From an uncultured Actinomycetota bacterium (GTDB lineage: Bacteria > Actinomycetota > Actinomycetes > JAHEKZ01): DNA of 64,000 bases. The notes beneath the pieces are model-generated. The model saw only the letters and a program-made list of their open reading frames with translations. It made no database searches and was not told the DNA's origin. Shown here piece by piece: positions 18,970-30,305 of the stretch. Each line of letters starts with the position of its first letter. Positions within the stretch are counted from its first letter, which is position 1. The position numbers and the translations under genes are program-made. The stretch is from positions 128,001-192,000 of the forward strand of contig CAVQYR010000001.1 of NCBI GenBank assembly GCA_963718235.1, given 5' to 3'.

Positions 18970-20750
18970 GACGTGCCTCCGTCTGTCTGTGCGGGATCGA
19001 CCTCAGTGGGATCGACCTGAGTGGGATCGACGTTCAGGACGAGCCGGACGGTGTGTCGCTCGTCCTTGGTGTGCTCCTCGAGCACGTCGACCATGTTCTC
19101 GATCAGGAACAGCCCCCACCCGCGCGGCGTCTGCAGGCCGGCCAGCTTCAGCTCGAGGTCGGGCAGGTCGGCGACGGCGTCCTCGCGCCGCCCCCCGAGG
19201 TCACTGATCTCGACCGCGACGCCGGTCTGGGTGCGCATCACGGCAACATCGACCGGCAGCTCGGGACGGTTGTGGTTGCCGTGCTCGATCGCATTCATCG
19301 CCGCCTCGGCCGAGGCCGTCTTGATCCGCTCCAGGGCGTCTGCGTCGAGTCCGCACCCGGCCACCGCCTCTGCGACCTGGGCCAGCACCTGACGCTCGTT
19401 GCCGGGCTCGCTGGGGACCGAGAACGTCGCCAGGATCTCCTCACCCGGGGGTGCCTTGGGCCGGGCTGCGGAGCTTCGCTCCAAGGTGACGATCGTGACG
19501 TCGTCCTCTTGCTCGTTCTTGCCGGAGAACTGCTCCAGCGCGGTCACACACGCGTCGACGAGCTGCGAGCCGCTCGTGGCCGACGCAACCAGGTCGCGCG
19601 TGCGATGGAAGCCGAACATCTCGCCCTCGTCGTCGTGCTGCTCGGTGATGCCGTCGCTGTAGAGGAGCAGCACCTCACCCGGGTCGATCACGTCCTCCAG
19701 CTCGTCATAGCGGCTCTCGGGCATCAGCCCGAGCGGCATGCCGGTGGCTCGCAGCTCACGGACCTCACCGGAGCCGCGCAGGAAGGGAAGGTTGTGACCG
19801 GCGTTGGCGAACACGACGGCGCCGGTCTCGAGGTCGACGACGAGCACGAGGCAGGTGACGAACATGTGGGCCGGGATGTCGGTGCACAGCAGCTCGTTCA
19901 CCCGCTCGAGCACGGCAGCCGGCGAGACCAGCCGTGGCCCCGCCTCACGGAGCAGGGCGTGGGTGCTCGCCATCACCAGTGCGGCGGGGACTCCCTTGTC
20001 GGTGACATCGCCGGTGACCACCATGATCCGGCCGTCGGGAAGCTCCATCACGTCGTAGAAGTCGCCACCGACCGTCCGGGCGGGCAGGTAGAAGGCGGAC
20101 AGGTCCCACCCGGCCAGGTTGGGCAGCGAGCTGGGCAGGAACTGCTGCTGGATCAGCTGAGCGACCTTGAGCTCCTGCTCGATCCGCTCCCTGCTGCGCG
20201 CCTCGGCCTCCTGCTGGCGGACCAGCTGACCCAGGCGCAGCGCTGGGGCGGCGTACCGGGCCAGGGTGTCGAGCAGCCGCCGGTCGTCGTGGGAGTAGCC
20301 GCGTTCGGACAGTCGCGCACCCAGCGCCAGCAGCCCGACCATCTCACCCGATGCCACGAGCGGGACCACGAGCTCGACGCCGGCCTCGCGCATCTCGATG
20401 ACTGCGGGTGAGTCTGCGGGAAGGGTGTCGACGTCGACCGGCCCGGTGGCACCCTGCAGGAAGGCGAGCACGGGGTCGTTGGGTGCGATGTCGAGCTCGA
20501 CCCGGGAGGTGCCCGAGGGTGCAGGGTCGCCTTGCGAGCCGCCCTCGGGCGGGCGCCCCTTGCGACGCCACGACCGTCGCGAGCCGGCAGACCCCCGTAC
20601 CGCCGGCTCACTCGTCGTCGGGGCGACCGCACGGTCCGGCCCAGACGCTGGTTCGGTCGCAGCGGGGGCTTCGAGCTCGATCGGACGGACCACAACGCCT
20701 CCCGGTGCTGCAGGCCCCGGAGTGTCCGGGGGCTTTCTGGGATCCAGCAT
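18966..20750 (-). CDS. partial GAF + SpoIIE/PP2C phosphatase + RsbW-like HATPase fusion
   Basis: LVVPL..GEMVGLLALG..YS.DDRRLL (GAF C-part); VGGDFYD, GDVTDKGVPAAL, NAGH, YSDGITE, EDDVT (PP2C); EAAMNAIEHGN, ISDLG, RGWGLFLI (HATPase_c). Confidence 0.92.
   Translation of the reverse strand: MLDPRKPPDTPGPAAPGGVVVRPIELEAPAATEPASGPDRAVAPTTSEPAVRGSAGSRRSWRRKGRPPEGGSQGDPAPSGTSRVELDIAPNDPVLAFLQGATGPVDVDTLPADSPAVIEMREAGVELVVPLVASGEMVGLLALGARLSERGYSHDDRRLLDTLARYAAPALRLGQLVRQQEAEARSRERIEQELKVAQLIQQQFLPSSLPNLAGWDLSAFYLPARTVGGDFYDVMELPDGRIMVVTGDVTDKGVPAALVMASTHALLREAGPRLVSPAAVLERVNELLCTDIPAHMFVTCLVLVVDLETGAVVFANAGHNLPFLRGSGEVRELRATGMPLGLMPESRYDELEDVIDPGEVLLLYSDGITEQHDDEGEMFGFHRTRDLVASATSGSQLVDACVTALEQFSGKNEQEDDVTIVTLERSSAARPKAPPGEEILATFSVPSEPGNERQVLAQVAEAVAGCGLDADALERIKTASAEAAMNAIEHGNHNRPELPVDVAVMRTQTGVAVEISDLGGRREDAVADLPDLELKLAGLQTPRGWGLFLIENMVDVLEEHTKDERHTVRLVLNVDPTQVDPTEVDPAQTDGGTS
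18991..19031. repeat. 3 x 15-bp tandem repeat encoding VDPTQ-VDPTE-VDPAQ
   Basis: g[ct]gggatcgacct.a units in the 3' end of the phosphatase gene. Confidence 0.75.
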
Positions 20751-20840
20751 CTCGGGCTCCGCGTTCCGGGAACGTTACGAGGACGGCGTATTGCCGATGA
20801 TCTGGGACGTTAGCGGCCGGAAGGGCGTTACGGTGCCGAC

Positions 20841-23603
20841 GTGGAAGAACTCGTGGTGCAGCTCTTCGGTGCACCCCAGGTGACCAGGGACGGCGTGCAG
20901 GTCACCTTCGACACCCGCAAGGCCGTGGCTCTCCTGGCCTACCTCGCGGTGACCGGACGGCCCCAGCGACGAGAGAGCCTGGCTGCGCTGCTGTGGCCGG
21001 AGTCCGACCAGACCCGGGCCCGGGCCGCGTTGCGACGCACCCTCTCGGTCTCGGGGGCGGTGGGTCCAGCCCTGGTCGTGGGTCGGGGCGACATCGCCCT
21101 CGACCCGTCGCTGACCCGCAGTGACGTCTCGGAGTTCCTCCGACTGGCTGCCAGTGACGACCCCCTCGACTGGCAACGCGCCGTCGACCTGGCCCCCGAG
21201 TCGCTCCTGGCCGGGTTCACCCTGCGCGACAGTCCTGCCTTCGACGACTGGCTGGCCACGACATCGGACCTCATGCGGGACCGGCTCACCGGGCTGCTCG
21301 CCCGCCTGGTGGCCGCCCACACCGACGTCAGGCGCTTCGACGATGCTCTGGCGGCGGCCCACCAGTGGGCCACCCTCGACCCGCTCAGCGAGCCGGCCCA
21401 GCGTGAGGTCATGCGCCTGCTCGTGTGGAACGGACAGCGTCCAGCCGCGCTGCGGCAGTACCGGACCTGCGTTCGGAACCTGGACCGGGAGCTCGGCGTC
21501 GCGCCGTTGCCGGAGACCACCGAGCTCTACGACGACATCCGGGCCAACCGCCTGCCGGCACCCGACGTCGTCGGGTCGGTGACTGAAGCGGATGGACCGA
21601 ACCGGGGCACGGGCGCGACCACCGCGGCTGACCAGCGCTCCGGGTCGTTGACCACTGCAGGCGCAGGACCGCCGGTACCCCCGCTGGTCGGCCGCGCCGC
21701 CGAGCTCGCCGAGCTCGACCGACGGTGGCGCTCGTCAGCCCAGGTGCCGACCGCGTGCGCCGTCGTGGGTGCACCCGGCCTCGGGCGCACCGCCCTGGTC
21801 GCGTCCCTCGAGGCCTCGGTCTCGTCGGCTGGAGGCGGCGTCGTCTCCATCCGGGGGCATGCCGGTGAGGCGGACCTCGCGTTTGCCGCCGTGGTCGATC
21901 TCGTCCGTGCTCTCGCGGCTCGCAACCCGGCAGTGGCCGAGCCACTGGCAGCGGTCGGGCAGCCGGTTGAGACACCGGGAGCACTCGTCCGGCTGTTCGA
22001 GCAGGTCCGGGACGCCGTCACGGTCGCGCTGGCCGGCCCGGTGCCCGGCCTGCTCGTCGTCGACGATGCGCACTGGCTGGACCCGACGTCGGCCGATCTG
22101 CTCGCATACCTGGTGCGTCGTCCCCCGCCGGGGGTGCTCACCGTGGTCACGTGGCGAAGCGACGTACCGGCTCCGGTCTCGTCGATCGACGCGGCCGGCC
22201 TGGTCGCCCTGAAACCCTGGACCGTCGACGAGGTGGCCGAGGTCCTCGCTCACCTCGAACTGGCGAACCTGGACGCCTCGGTGGCCCACCACCGAACGCT
22301 CGGTGTCCCCAGGCTGGTCGTCGAGTACGCCCTGGCGGCCGACGGCGGGGTCCCGGGCCACGAGGCACAGCTGCGCGAGCTCGTGGTCTCGCGCCTCGAT
22401 GCCGCGCCGGCAGCCACCCGTCAGCTGCTGGGTACTGCGGCCGTCCTCGGCTCGGTGAGCGATCCTGAGCTGCTGAGGCAGACCAGCGGACGCGACGAGA
22501 GCGAGGTCGTGGACGCCATCGAGGACGCGGTCGAGCGACGGCTCCTCGTCGAAGACGGGCAGCGGGGGGGGTACGACGTTCCCTATGACGCCTTGCGCGA
22601 CCTGGTCCTGGAGCGGGTGAGCCTGGCTCGTCGACGACTGCTGCACAGCAGAGCGGCCGATGTCCTGGCGCGTCGACACAGCACCGAGAGCCGAGGCGCG
22701 TCCGCAGCGATGGTGGCCCGCCACCTGGCAGCGGCGGGACGTGACGACGAGGCAGCCCGTTGGTACTGGACGGCGGCCGTCGACTCAGGGACCCTCTACG
22801 CCTACCAGGAGATGCTCGAACATCTACGAGCCGCCCTCGCACTCGGGTACGACCCCGCGACCACACACGCTGCGACCGGTGATGCACTCATCCGTCTCGG
22901 GCGTTACCACGACGCGCTCGTCGCGTACGAGCAAGCAGCCGCGGCCGTCGATCCCTCGGACGCCCGGTCCCTCGCGGTGCTCGAGCACAAGCTGGCGGAG
23001 GTGCATGACCGACTGGGTGACTGGGCGGTGGCGCAGGCTCACCTGGAGAGTGCCAGTGAGCTGCTGGCCGGTGACGACGACCTCCCGAGGAGGGCCCAGG
23101 TCTGCGCAGACCTGGCACTGGTCGAGTACCGGCAAGGCGACGCAGCGGCAGCTGAGTCCGACGCGGCGCGGGCCCTCGAGCTGGCCGAGCGAAGTGACGA
23201 CAGCTCAGCCCTGGCACAGGCGCACAACGTGCTCGGGGTGCTCGCTGCGGCCAAGGGTGAGCTGACCGCCGCGCAGGCCCATCTCACGAGCAGTCGCAAC
23301 CACGCGCAGAGCGCGGCCGACGTCGGGCTGACCGTCGCGGCCATGAACAACCAGGCCCGGGTCCTCGAGGAGTCCGGGAACATCGACGAGGCGCTGGTCG
23401 AGGCGCAGGCTGCGCTGGCGCTGGGGGTCCAGCACGGGGACCGCCACCGTGAGGCGGCGCTGCACGACCACGTGGCCGACCTGCTCCATCGCGCCGGGCG
23501 CGACTCCGAGGCCATGGAGCACCTCAAGGCGGCAGCGGCCGCCTTCGCCGACGTCGATGACTCCAGCGTGCGTCCCGACGTCTGGAAGCTCGTCGCCTGG
23601 TGA
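20841..23603 (+). CDS. SARP/BTAD-type transcriptional regulator with AAA ATPase and TPR repeats
   Basis: RKAVALLAYLA..RESLAALLWPE (wHTH), LDPLSEPAQREVMRL..ALRQY..ELGVAP (BTAD), VGAPGLGRT, LVVDDAHWLD, helical C-terminal repeats. Confidence 0.9.
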   Translation: MEELVVQLFGAPQVTRDGVQVTFDTRKAVALLAYLAVTGRPQRRESLAALLWPESDQTRARAALRRTLSVSGAVGPALVVGRGDIALDPSLTRSDVSEFLRLAASDDPLDWQRAVDLAPESLLAGFTLRDSPAFDDWLATTSDLMRDRLTGLLARLVAAHTDVRRFDDALAAAHQWATLDPLSEPAQREVMRLLVWNGQRPAALRQYRTCVRNLDRELGVAPLPETTELYDDIRANRLPAPDVVGSVTEADGPNRGTGATTAADQRSGSLTTAGAGPPVPPLVGRAAELAELDRRWRSSAQVPTACAVVGAPGLGRTALVASLEASVSSAGGGVVSIRGHAGEADLAFAAVVDLVRALAARNPAVAEPLAAVGQPVETPGALVRLFEQVRDAVTVALAGPVPGLLVVDDAHWLDPTSADLLAYLVRRPPPGVLTVVTWRSDVPAPVSSIDAAGLVALKPWTVDEVAEVLAHLELANLDASVAHHRTLGVPRLVVEYALAADGGVPGHEAQLRELVVSRLDAAPAATRQLLGTAAVLGSVSDPELLRQTSGRDESEVVDAIEDAVERRLLVEDGQRGGYDVPYDALRDLVLERVSLARRRLLHSRAADVLARRHSTESRGASAAMVARHLAAAGRDDEAARWYWTAAVDSGTLYAYQEMLEHLRAALALGYDPATTHAATGDALIRLGRYHDALVAYEQAAAAVDPSDARSLAVLEHKLAEVHDRLGDWAVAQAHLESASELLAGDDDLPRRAQVCADLALVEYRQGDAAAAESDAARALELAERSDDSSALAQAHNVLGVLAAAKGELTAAQAHLTSSRNHAQSAADVGLTVAAMNNQARVLEESGNIDEALVEAQAALALGVQHGDRHREAALHDHVADLLHRAGRDSEAMEHLKAAAAAFADVDDSSVRPDVWKLVAW

Positions 23604-23619
23604 CGCCGCCTCGTCTGAC

Positions 23620-24147
23620 CTAGTCGCGCTCGACCCAGCGGTCGACCGCCCACAGCACAGCCAGGGCAAGACCTGGGTCGACCCCGTCTGCGACATCGAT
23701 CGTGTACGAGTCGCGGACCGTCACCCACTTCTGGGTGATACGCACGATCGGGCTCCCACCCGCGGCGATGTTGTACTCCTTCTCGATGAAGCTCCCCTCG
23801 AGCTGCCAGTCATCGCCAGTGTCCATCGTGAGAGACATCTTCGACTTGATGGGCGAGAACATCTTCGCCTTGAGCGAAGCCAGCTCGGTGTCGTGGGCAT
23901 CCAGGATCGCCATCTTCTTCGGAACGCCGAGCAGCTGCCCTCGCACCCGGTAGGCGACCTCGTCGGTCGCGTTCTTGATGTCGGCCTTCGGCCGGGTGCC
24001 CATCTTCCCGTCGATGAAGTACGCCTGCTCACCCTGGAGGTCGGTGACCGCGAAGTCCCGACCTGCGCCGAACTTGCTCTTGACGACGTACCGGGACCAA
24101 CCGGCAGGAGCGGCGTCCACCACATTCTCCTCGCTCTCGGGGGTCAA
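23620..24147 (-). CDS. LURP-one/Tubby-C-like (scramblase-like) protein
   Basis: DFAVTDLQGEQAYFIDGK, GSFIEKEYNI, ITQKWVTVRDSYTIDV, LALAVLWAVD. Confidence 0.8.
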   Translation of the reverse strand: MTPESEENVVDAAPAGWSRYVVKSKFGAGRDFAVTDLQGEQAYFIDGKMGTRPKADIKNATDEVAYRVRGQLLGVPKKMAILDAHDTELASLKAKMFSPIKSKMSLTMDTGDDWQLEGSFIEKEYNIAAGGSPIVRITQKWVTVRDSYTIDVADGVDPGLALAVLWAVDRWVERD

Positions 24148-24158
24148 CCCGCTCGACG

Positions 24159-25415
24159 CTACCGGTGCTCTCTCTGCTGCGCCGCCTCGAGGGCGATGTC
24201 ACGGCGGTACTGCGACCCGGCCAGCCCGATCGCGGAGACCGCCTCGTAGGCGCGCAGCCGCGCCTGACCCAACGACTCCCCTCGAGCCGTGACTGCGAGG
24301 ACCCGCCCCCCGGCACTCACGACGTCGTCGCCGTCACGCCGGGTCCCGGCGTGCAGGACGTCGACGTGCTCGAGCGCCGCAGCCGTCTCGAGCCCGGTGA
24401 CCGGGTCGCCGTTGCGCGGCGCCTGCGGGTAGCCCTTGGCCGCGACCACGACCGTGCATGCGAAGCCGGCGCTCCACCGAAGGGCAGGCAACTCCCCCAG
24501 CCGACCGCGGGCTGCGGCGTCCAGCACCGACCCGAGGGGTGTCTCGAGCAGGGCCAGCACGGCCTCGGTCTCCGGGTCGCCGAACCGGGCGTTGAACTCC
24601 ACGACGCGCGGCCCAAATGACGTCATCGCCAGGCCGACGTACAGGAGCCCGGCGAAGGGGGTGCCTCGGCGGCGCATCTCCTCCAGCGTGGGACCCACGA
24701 CCGACTTCATGACGTCGTCGACCAGCGTGGGCGCCGCCCATGGCAACGGCGTGTAGGCGCCCATGCCACCGGTGTTGGGTCCGGTGTCCCCGTCGCCGAG
24801 CCGCTTGAAGTCCTGGGCCGGGAGCAGCGGGACACCGACCTCGCCATCGGTCACCACGAACAGCGACACCTCCGGGCCGTCGAGGAACTCCTCGATCACC
24901 ACCCGTCCGCACTCGGCCGCATGGGTCTCGGCCTCGCCGCGGGACGTCGTCACCACGACACCCTTGCCTGCCGCCAGCCCGTCGTCCTTCACGACGTACG
25001 GAGGTCCGAACGCGTCCAGGGCCGCGGCCACCTGCTCGGGTGACTGGCACACCCGCGCCGCAGCGGTCGGCACTCCCGCGGCGGTCATGACCTCCTTGGC
25101 GAACGCCTTGGAGCCCTCGAGCTGGGCGGCCGCCCTCGACGGGCCGAAGCACGCGATGCCGGCAGCCCGTACGGCGTCAGCCACTCCGGCCACCAGCGGC
25201 GCCTCGGGGCCGACGACCACGAGGTCGGCGCCCAACGACTCAGCCAGTGCCGCAACCGCCGTCGGGTCAGTGGCAACGACCTCGACGTTCGTGGCCAGCG
25301 GCGCGGTACCCGCGTTACCGGGTGCGCACCAGATCGCGGCAACCCCGGGGTCGCGCGACAGGGCCAGGCACAGCGCGTGCTCACGGGCACCCGAACCGAC
25401 GACCAGGACCTTCAC
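24159..25415 (-). CDS. purD: phosphoribosylamine-glycine ligase
   Basis: GSGAREHA, VVGPEAPL, LEGSKAFAK, GLAAGKGV, GPNTGGMGAY, EFNARFGDPE. Confidence 0.97.
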   Translation of the reverse strand: MKVLVVGSGAREHALCLALSRDPGVAAIWCAPGNAGTAPLATNVEVVATDPTAVAALAESLGADLVVVGPEAPLVAGVADAVRAAGIACFGPSRAAAQLEGSKAFAKEVMTAAGVPTAAARVCQSPEQVAAALDAFGPPYVVKDDGLAAGKGVVVTTSRGEAETHAAECGRVVIEEFLDGPEVSLFVVTDGEVGVPLLPAQDFKRLGDGDTGPNTGGMGAYTPLPWAAPTLVDDVMKSVVGPTLEEMRRRGTPFAGLLYVGLAMTSFGPRVVEFNARFGDPETEAVLALLETPLGSVLDAAARGRLGELPALRWSAGFACTVVVAAKGYPQAPRNGDPVTGLETAAALEHVDVLHAGTRRDGDDVVSAGGRVLAVTARGESLGQARLRAYEAVSAIGLAGSQYRRDIALEAAQQREHR

Positions 25416-25457
25416 GGTGGCGAGGCTACCGATCCGGACGCCGGGTCTGCAGCGACC

Positions 25458-26819
25458 TCAGCCGGTGTAGTACGGAGCAAGCACGGTGAAGGCGTCGTCG
25501 AGCAGGGACAACCCCTCCTTGGCCTCCGCCTCGCTGACCGTGCACGGCGGGACGACGTGCAGCCGGTTGTAGTTCACGAAGGGCATGAGACCCCGTTGCC
25601 GGCACGCAGCCACGAGGTCCGCCATCGGCTTGTTCGCCTCGCCCGCGGCGTTGTAGGGCACGAGCATCTCGCGCGTGGCCCGACTCCTGACCAGGTCGAG
25701 TGCCCAGAAGACACCCATGCCGCGGACCTCACCGATCACCGGATGCCGCTCCGCAAGATCGCGCAGCCCGGGCCCCAGCACGTCCTCTCCGATCTGCTTG
25801 GCGTTCTCGACGATGCCCTCGTCCTGCATGGCCGTGAGCGTGGCCACGATCGAGGCGGCGGCCAACGGGTGGCCGGAGTAGGTGAGTCCACCGGGGAAGA
25901 CCCGCTCGTCGAACGTGGCCGCGATCTCGTCGCTGATGATGACTCCGCCTACCGGCACGTAGCCGGAGTTCACGCCCTTGGCGAAGGTGATCAGGTCGGG
26001 CTCCACGCCGAAGTGGTCGAACGCGAACCAGTCGCCGGTGCGTCCGAACCCGCACATCACCTCGTCGGCGATGTAGACGATCCCGTACTTGGTGCACAGC
26101 TCCCGGACGCCGGCCAGGTAGTGCGCCGGGGGGATCAGCACACCCGCGGTGCCGACCACCGTCTCGAGCACGAGTGCGGCGATGGTCTGGGGGCCCTCGA
26201 ACTGGATGACCGCCTCGAGGTGCTGCAACGCGCGGTCGGCCTCCTGCACGTCGTCCTCGGACCAGAAAGGCGAGCGGTAGGGGTAGGGACCGAAGAAGTG
26301 CACGATCCCGGCGATGCCGGTCTCGTTCGGCCAGCGGCGAGGGTCACCGGTCAGTGTCACCGCCGTGGCCGTGTTGCCGTGGTAGCTGCGGTACGCCGAG
26401 AGCACCTTGTGCCGCCCGGTGTGGAGTCTTGCCATACGGACGGCGTTCTCGTTGGCGTCGGCGCCGCCGTTGGTGAAGAACACCTTGCCGTGACCAGCCG
26501 GTGCGAGCGACGTGACCAGACGAGCGGCCTCACTGCGCACGTCGTTGGCGTGCTGGGGCGCGATCGTGGCGATCCGGCCGGCCTGCTCCTGGATCGCGGC
26601 GACGACCTTGGGGTGCTGGTGGCCGATGTTGGTGTTGACCAGCTGCGAGGAGAAGTCGAGGTAGCGCTTGCCCTCGTAGTCCCAGAAGTAGCTGCCCTCG
26701 GCCGCAGCGATGGGCAACGGCTTGATCAGCCCCTGGGCCGACCAGGAGTGGAAGACGTGGGCGCGGTCGAGGTCGTAGACCTCCTGGCCACGCGCGGGGT
26801 CGGGAGCGGGAACGGTCAT
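25458..26819 (-). CDS. class III PLP-dependent aminotransferase
   Basis: YLDFSSQL, SYHGNT, IADEVMCGFGRTG, PDLITFAKG, GLTYSGHP. Confidence 0.92.
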   Translation of the reverse strand: MTVPAPDPARGQEVYDLDRAHVFHSWSAQGLIKPLPIAAAEGSYFWDYEGKRYLDFSSQLVNTNIGHQHPKVVAAIQEQAGRIATIAPQHANDVRSEAARLVTSLAPAGHGKVFFTNGGADANENAVRMARLHTGRHKVLSAYRSYHGNTATAVTLTGDPRRWPNETGIAGIVHFFGPYPYRSPFWSEDDVQEADRALQHLEAVIQFEGPQTIAALVLETVVGTAGVLIPPAHYLAGVRELCTKYGIVYIADEVMCGFGRTGDWFAFDHFGVEPDLITFAKGVNSGYVPVGGVIISDEIAATFDERVFPGGLTYSGHPLAAASIVATLTAMQDEGIVENAKQIGEDVLGPGLRDLAERHPVIGEVRGMGVFWALDLVRSRATREMLVPYNAAGEANKPMADLVAACRQRGLMPFVNYNRLHVVPPCTVSEAEAKEGLSLLDDAFTVLAPYYTG

Positions 26820-26893
26820 GGTCGGACTCCTCGAACGGGTCAGCAGTCAGCCCAGCCTACGGAGCCGGCGCCGAACCGGGTAGGGCCAGGGGC

Positions 26894-27508
26894 TCAGCCG
26901 CCGCCAGGACCGGCGTCGGCCAGTCGTTGCCGAAGCCGGGCCTGCACGGCTGGCCACTCTCCGGCCAGGAGGGAGAAGTACACGGAGTCCCGCCACGTGC
27001 CGTCGGCCCGGAGCACCCGGTGCCGCAGGGCTCCCTCCCGGACCGCCCCGAGGGCAGCGAGCGCACCCTGGGAGCGAGCGTTGAGATGGTCGGTCTTGAA
27101 GGCCACCCGCTCCATGCCCAGGTCGTCGAAGGCGTGCGCCAGCAGGAGCAGCTTCGCCTCCACGTTGAATCCGGACCGCCAGACCGACGACGACAGCACC
27201 GTCCACCCGATCTCGACGTTGCGGTTCTCCACGTCCAGGTCGAGGAACGACGTCGAACCCACGACCGCACCGGTGCTCCGGTCGACCTGCGCGAACGGAA
27301 CCCGGACCCCCTCGCTGGCGTCGTCCAGTGCCCGGTCGACGAACGACTCCATCGCGCGACGATCATCCATGCGGTAGGGCCAGACCCAGGCAAAGACCTC
27401 GCTGCTGCCGCAGGTGCGCCACAGCTCGTCGAGGTCGCTCGCGACGAGCGGCCGGAGCAGCACCCGGTCACCCGTCAGTGTCGTCGGCTCGGGACGGCGT
27501 GCGGCCAT
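26894..27508 (-). CDS. GNAT (RimJ/RimL-like) N-acetyltransferase
   Basis: VEIGWT, EAKLLLLAHAF, RVAFKTD.LN.RS, EG.LR, RDSVYFS. Confidence 0.88.
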   Translation of the reverse strand: MAARRPEPTTLTGDRVLLRPLVASDLDELWRTCGSSEVFAWVWPYRMDDRRAMESFVDRALDDASEGVRVPFAQVDRSTGAVVGSTSFLDLDVENRNVEIGWTVLSSSVWRSGFNVEAKLLLLAHAFDDLGMERVAFKTDHLNARSQGALAALGAVREGALRHRVLRADGTWRDSVYFSLLAGEWPAVQARLRQRLADAGPGGG

Positions 27509-27516
27509 GGTTGACC

Positions 27517-29848
<2,332 letters not shown>

Positions 29849-29852
29849 GCGA

Positions 29853-30269
29853 TCAGGCGCCGAGGACGTCGGCCGCCGTCGGGCTGCTCTCGCGCAGGAA
29901 CAACGTGCACCGGGTGACCTCGTCGTCCTCTCCGAGAGCCGCGGCTGCCCGACGCAGGGCGTTGACGCTGCGCAGGAAGCCCTGGTTGCCCTCGTGCTCC
30001 CACGGCACCGGCCCGTGGCCCTTCCAGCCGTTGCGCCGTAGCTGGTCGAGGCTGCGGTGGTAGCCCGTGCGCGCGTAGGCGTACGCCGCCACCTCGTCGC
30101 CGTCGTCGAGGGACTGCTCGGCGAGCATCGCCCAGGCCAACGGGTAGTCGGGGTAGGCCGCGGCCACTTGGCGCGGGCCGGCTCCGCCGTCCAGCAGGGC
30201 CTTGGCCTCGCGGTTCTCGGGCAGGTGGGTGGGCGGTGGTCCGCCGAGGAGGTTCTGATCGATGGTCAC
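29853..30269 (-). CDS. DUF3151 family protein
   Basis: AYAYARTGYHRSLDQLRRNGWKGHGPVPWEHEGNQGFLR; usual purA neighbour in actinobacteria. Confidence 0.88.
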   Translation of the reverse strand: MTIDQNLLGGPPPTHLPENREAKALLDGGAGPRQVAAAYPDYPLAWAMLAEQSLDDGDEVAAYAYARTGYHRSLDQLRRNGWKGHGPVPWEHEGNQGFLRSVNALRRAAAALGEDDEVTRCTLFLRESSPTAADVLGA

Positions 30270-30305
30270 GAGGGCATTCTGCGCCGTCGGGGTGCGCCGG
30301 GCACG

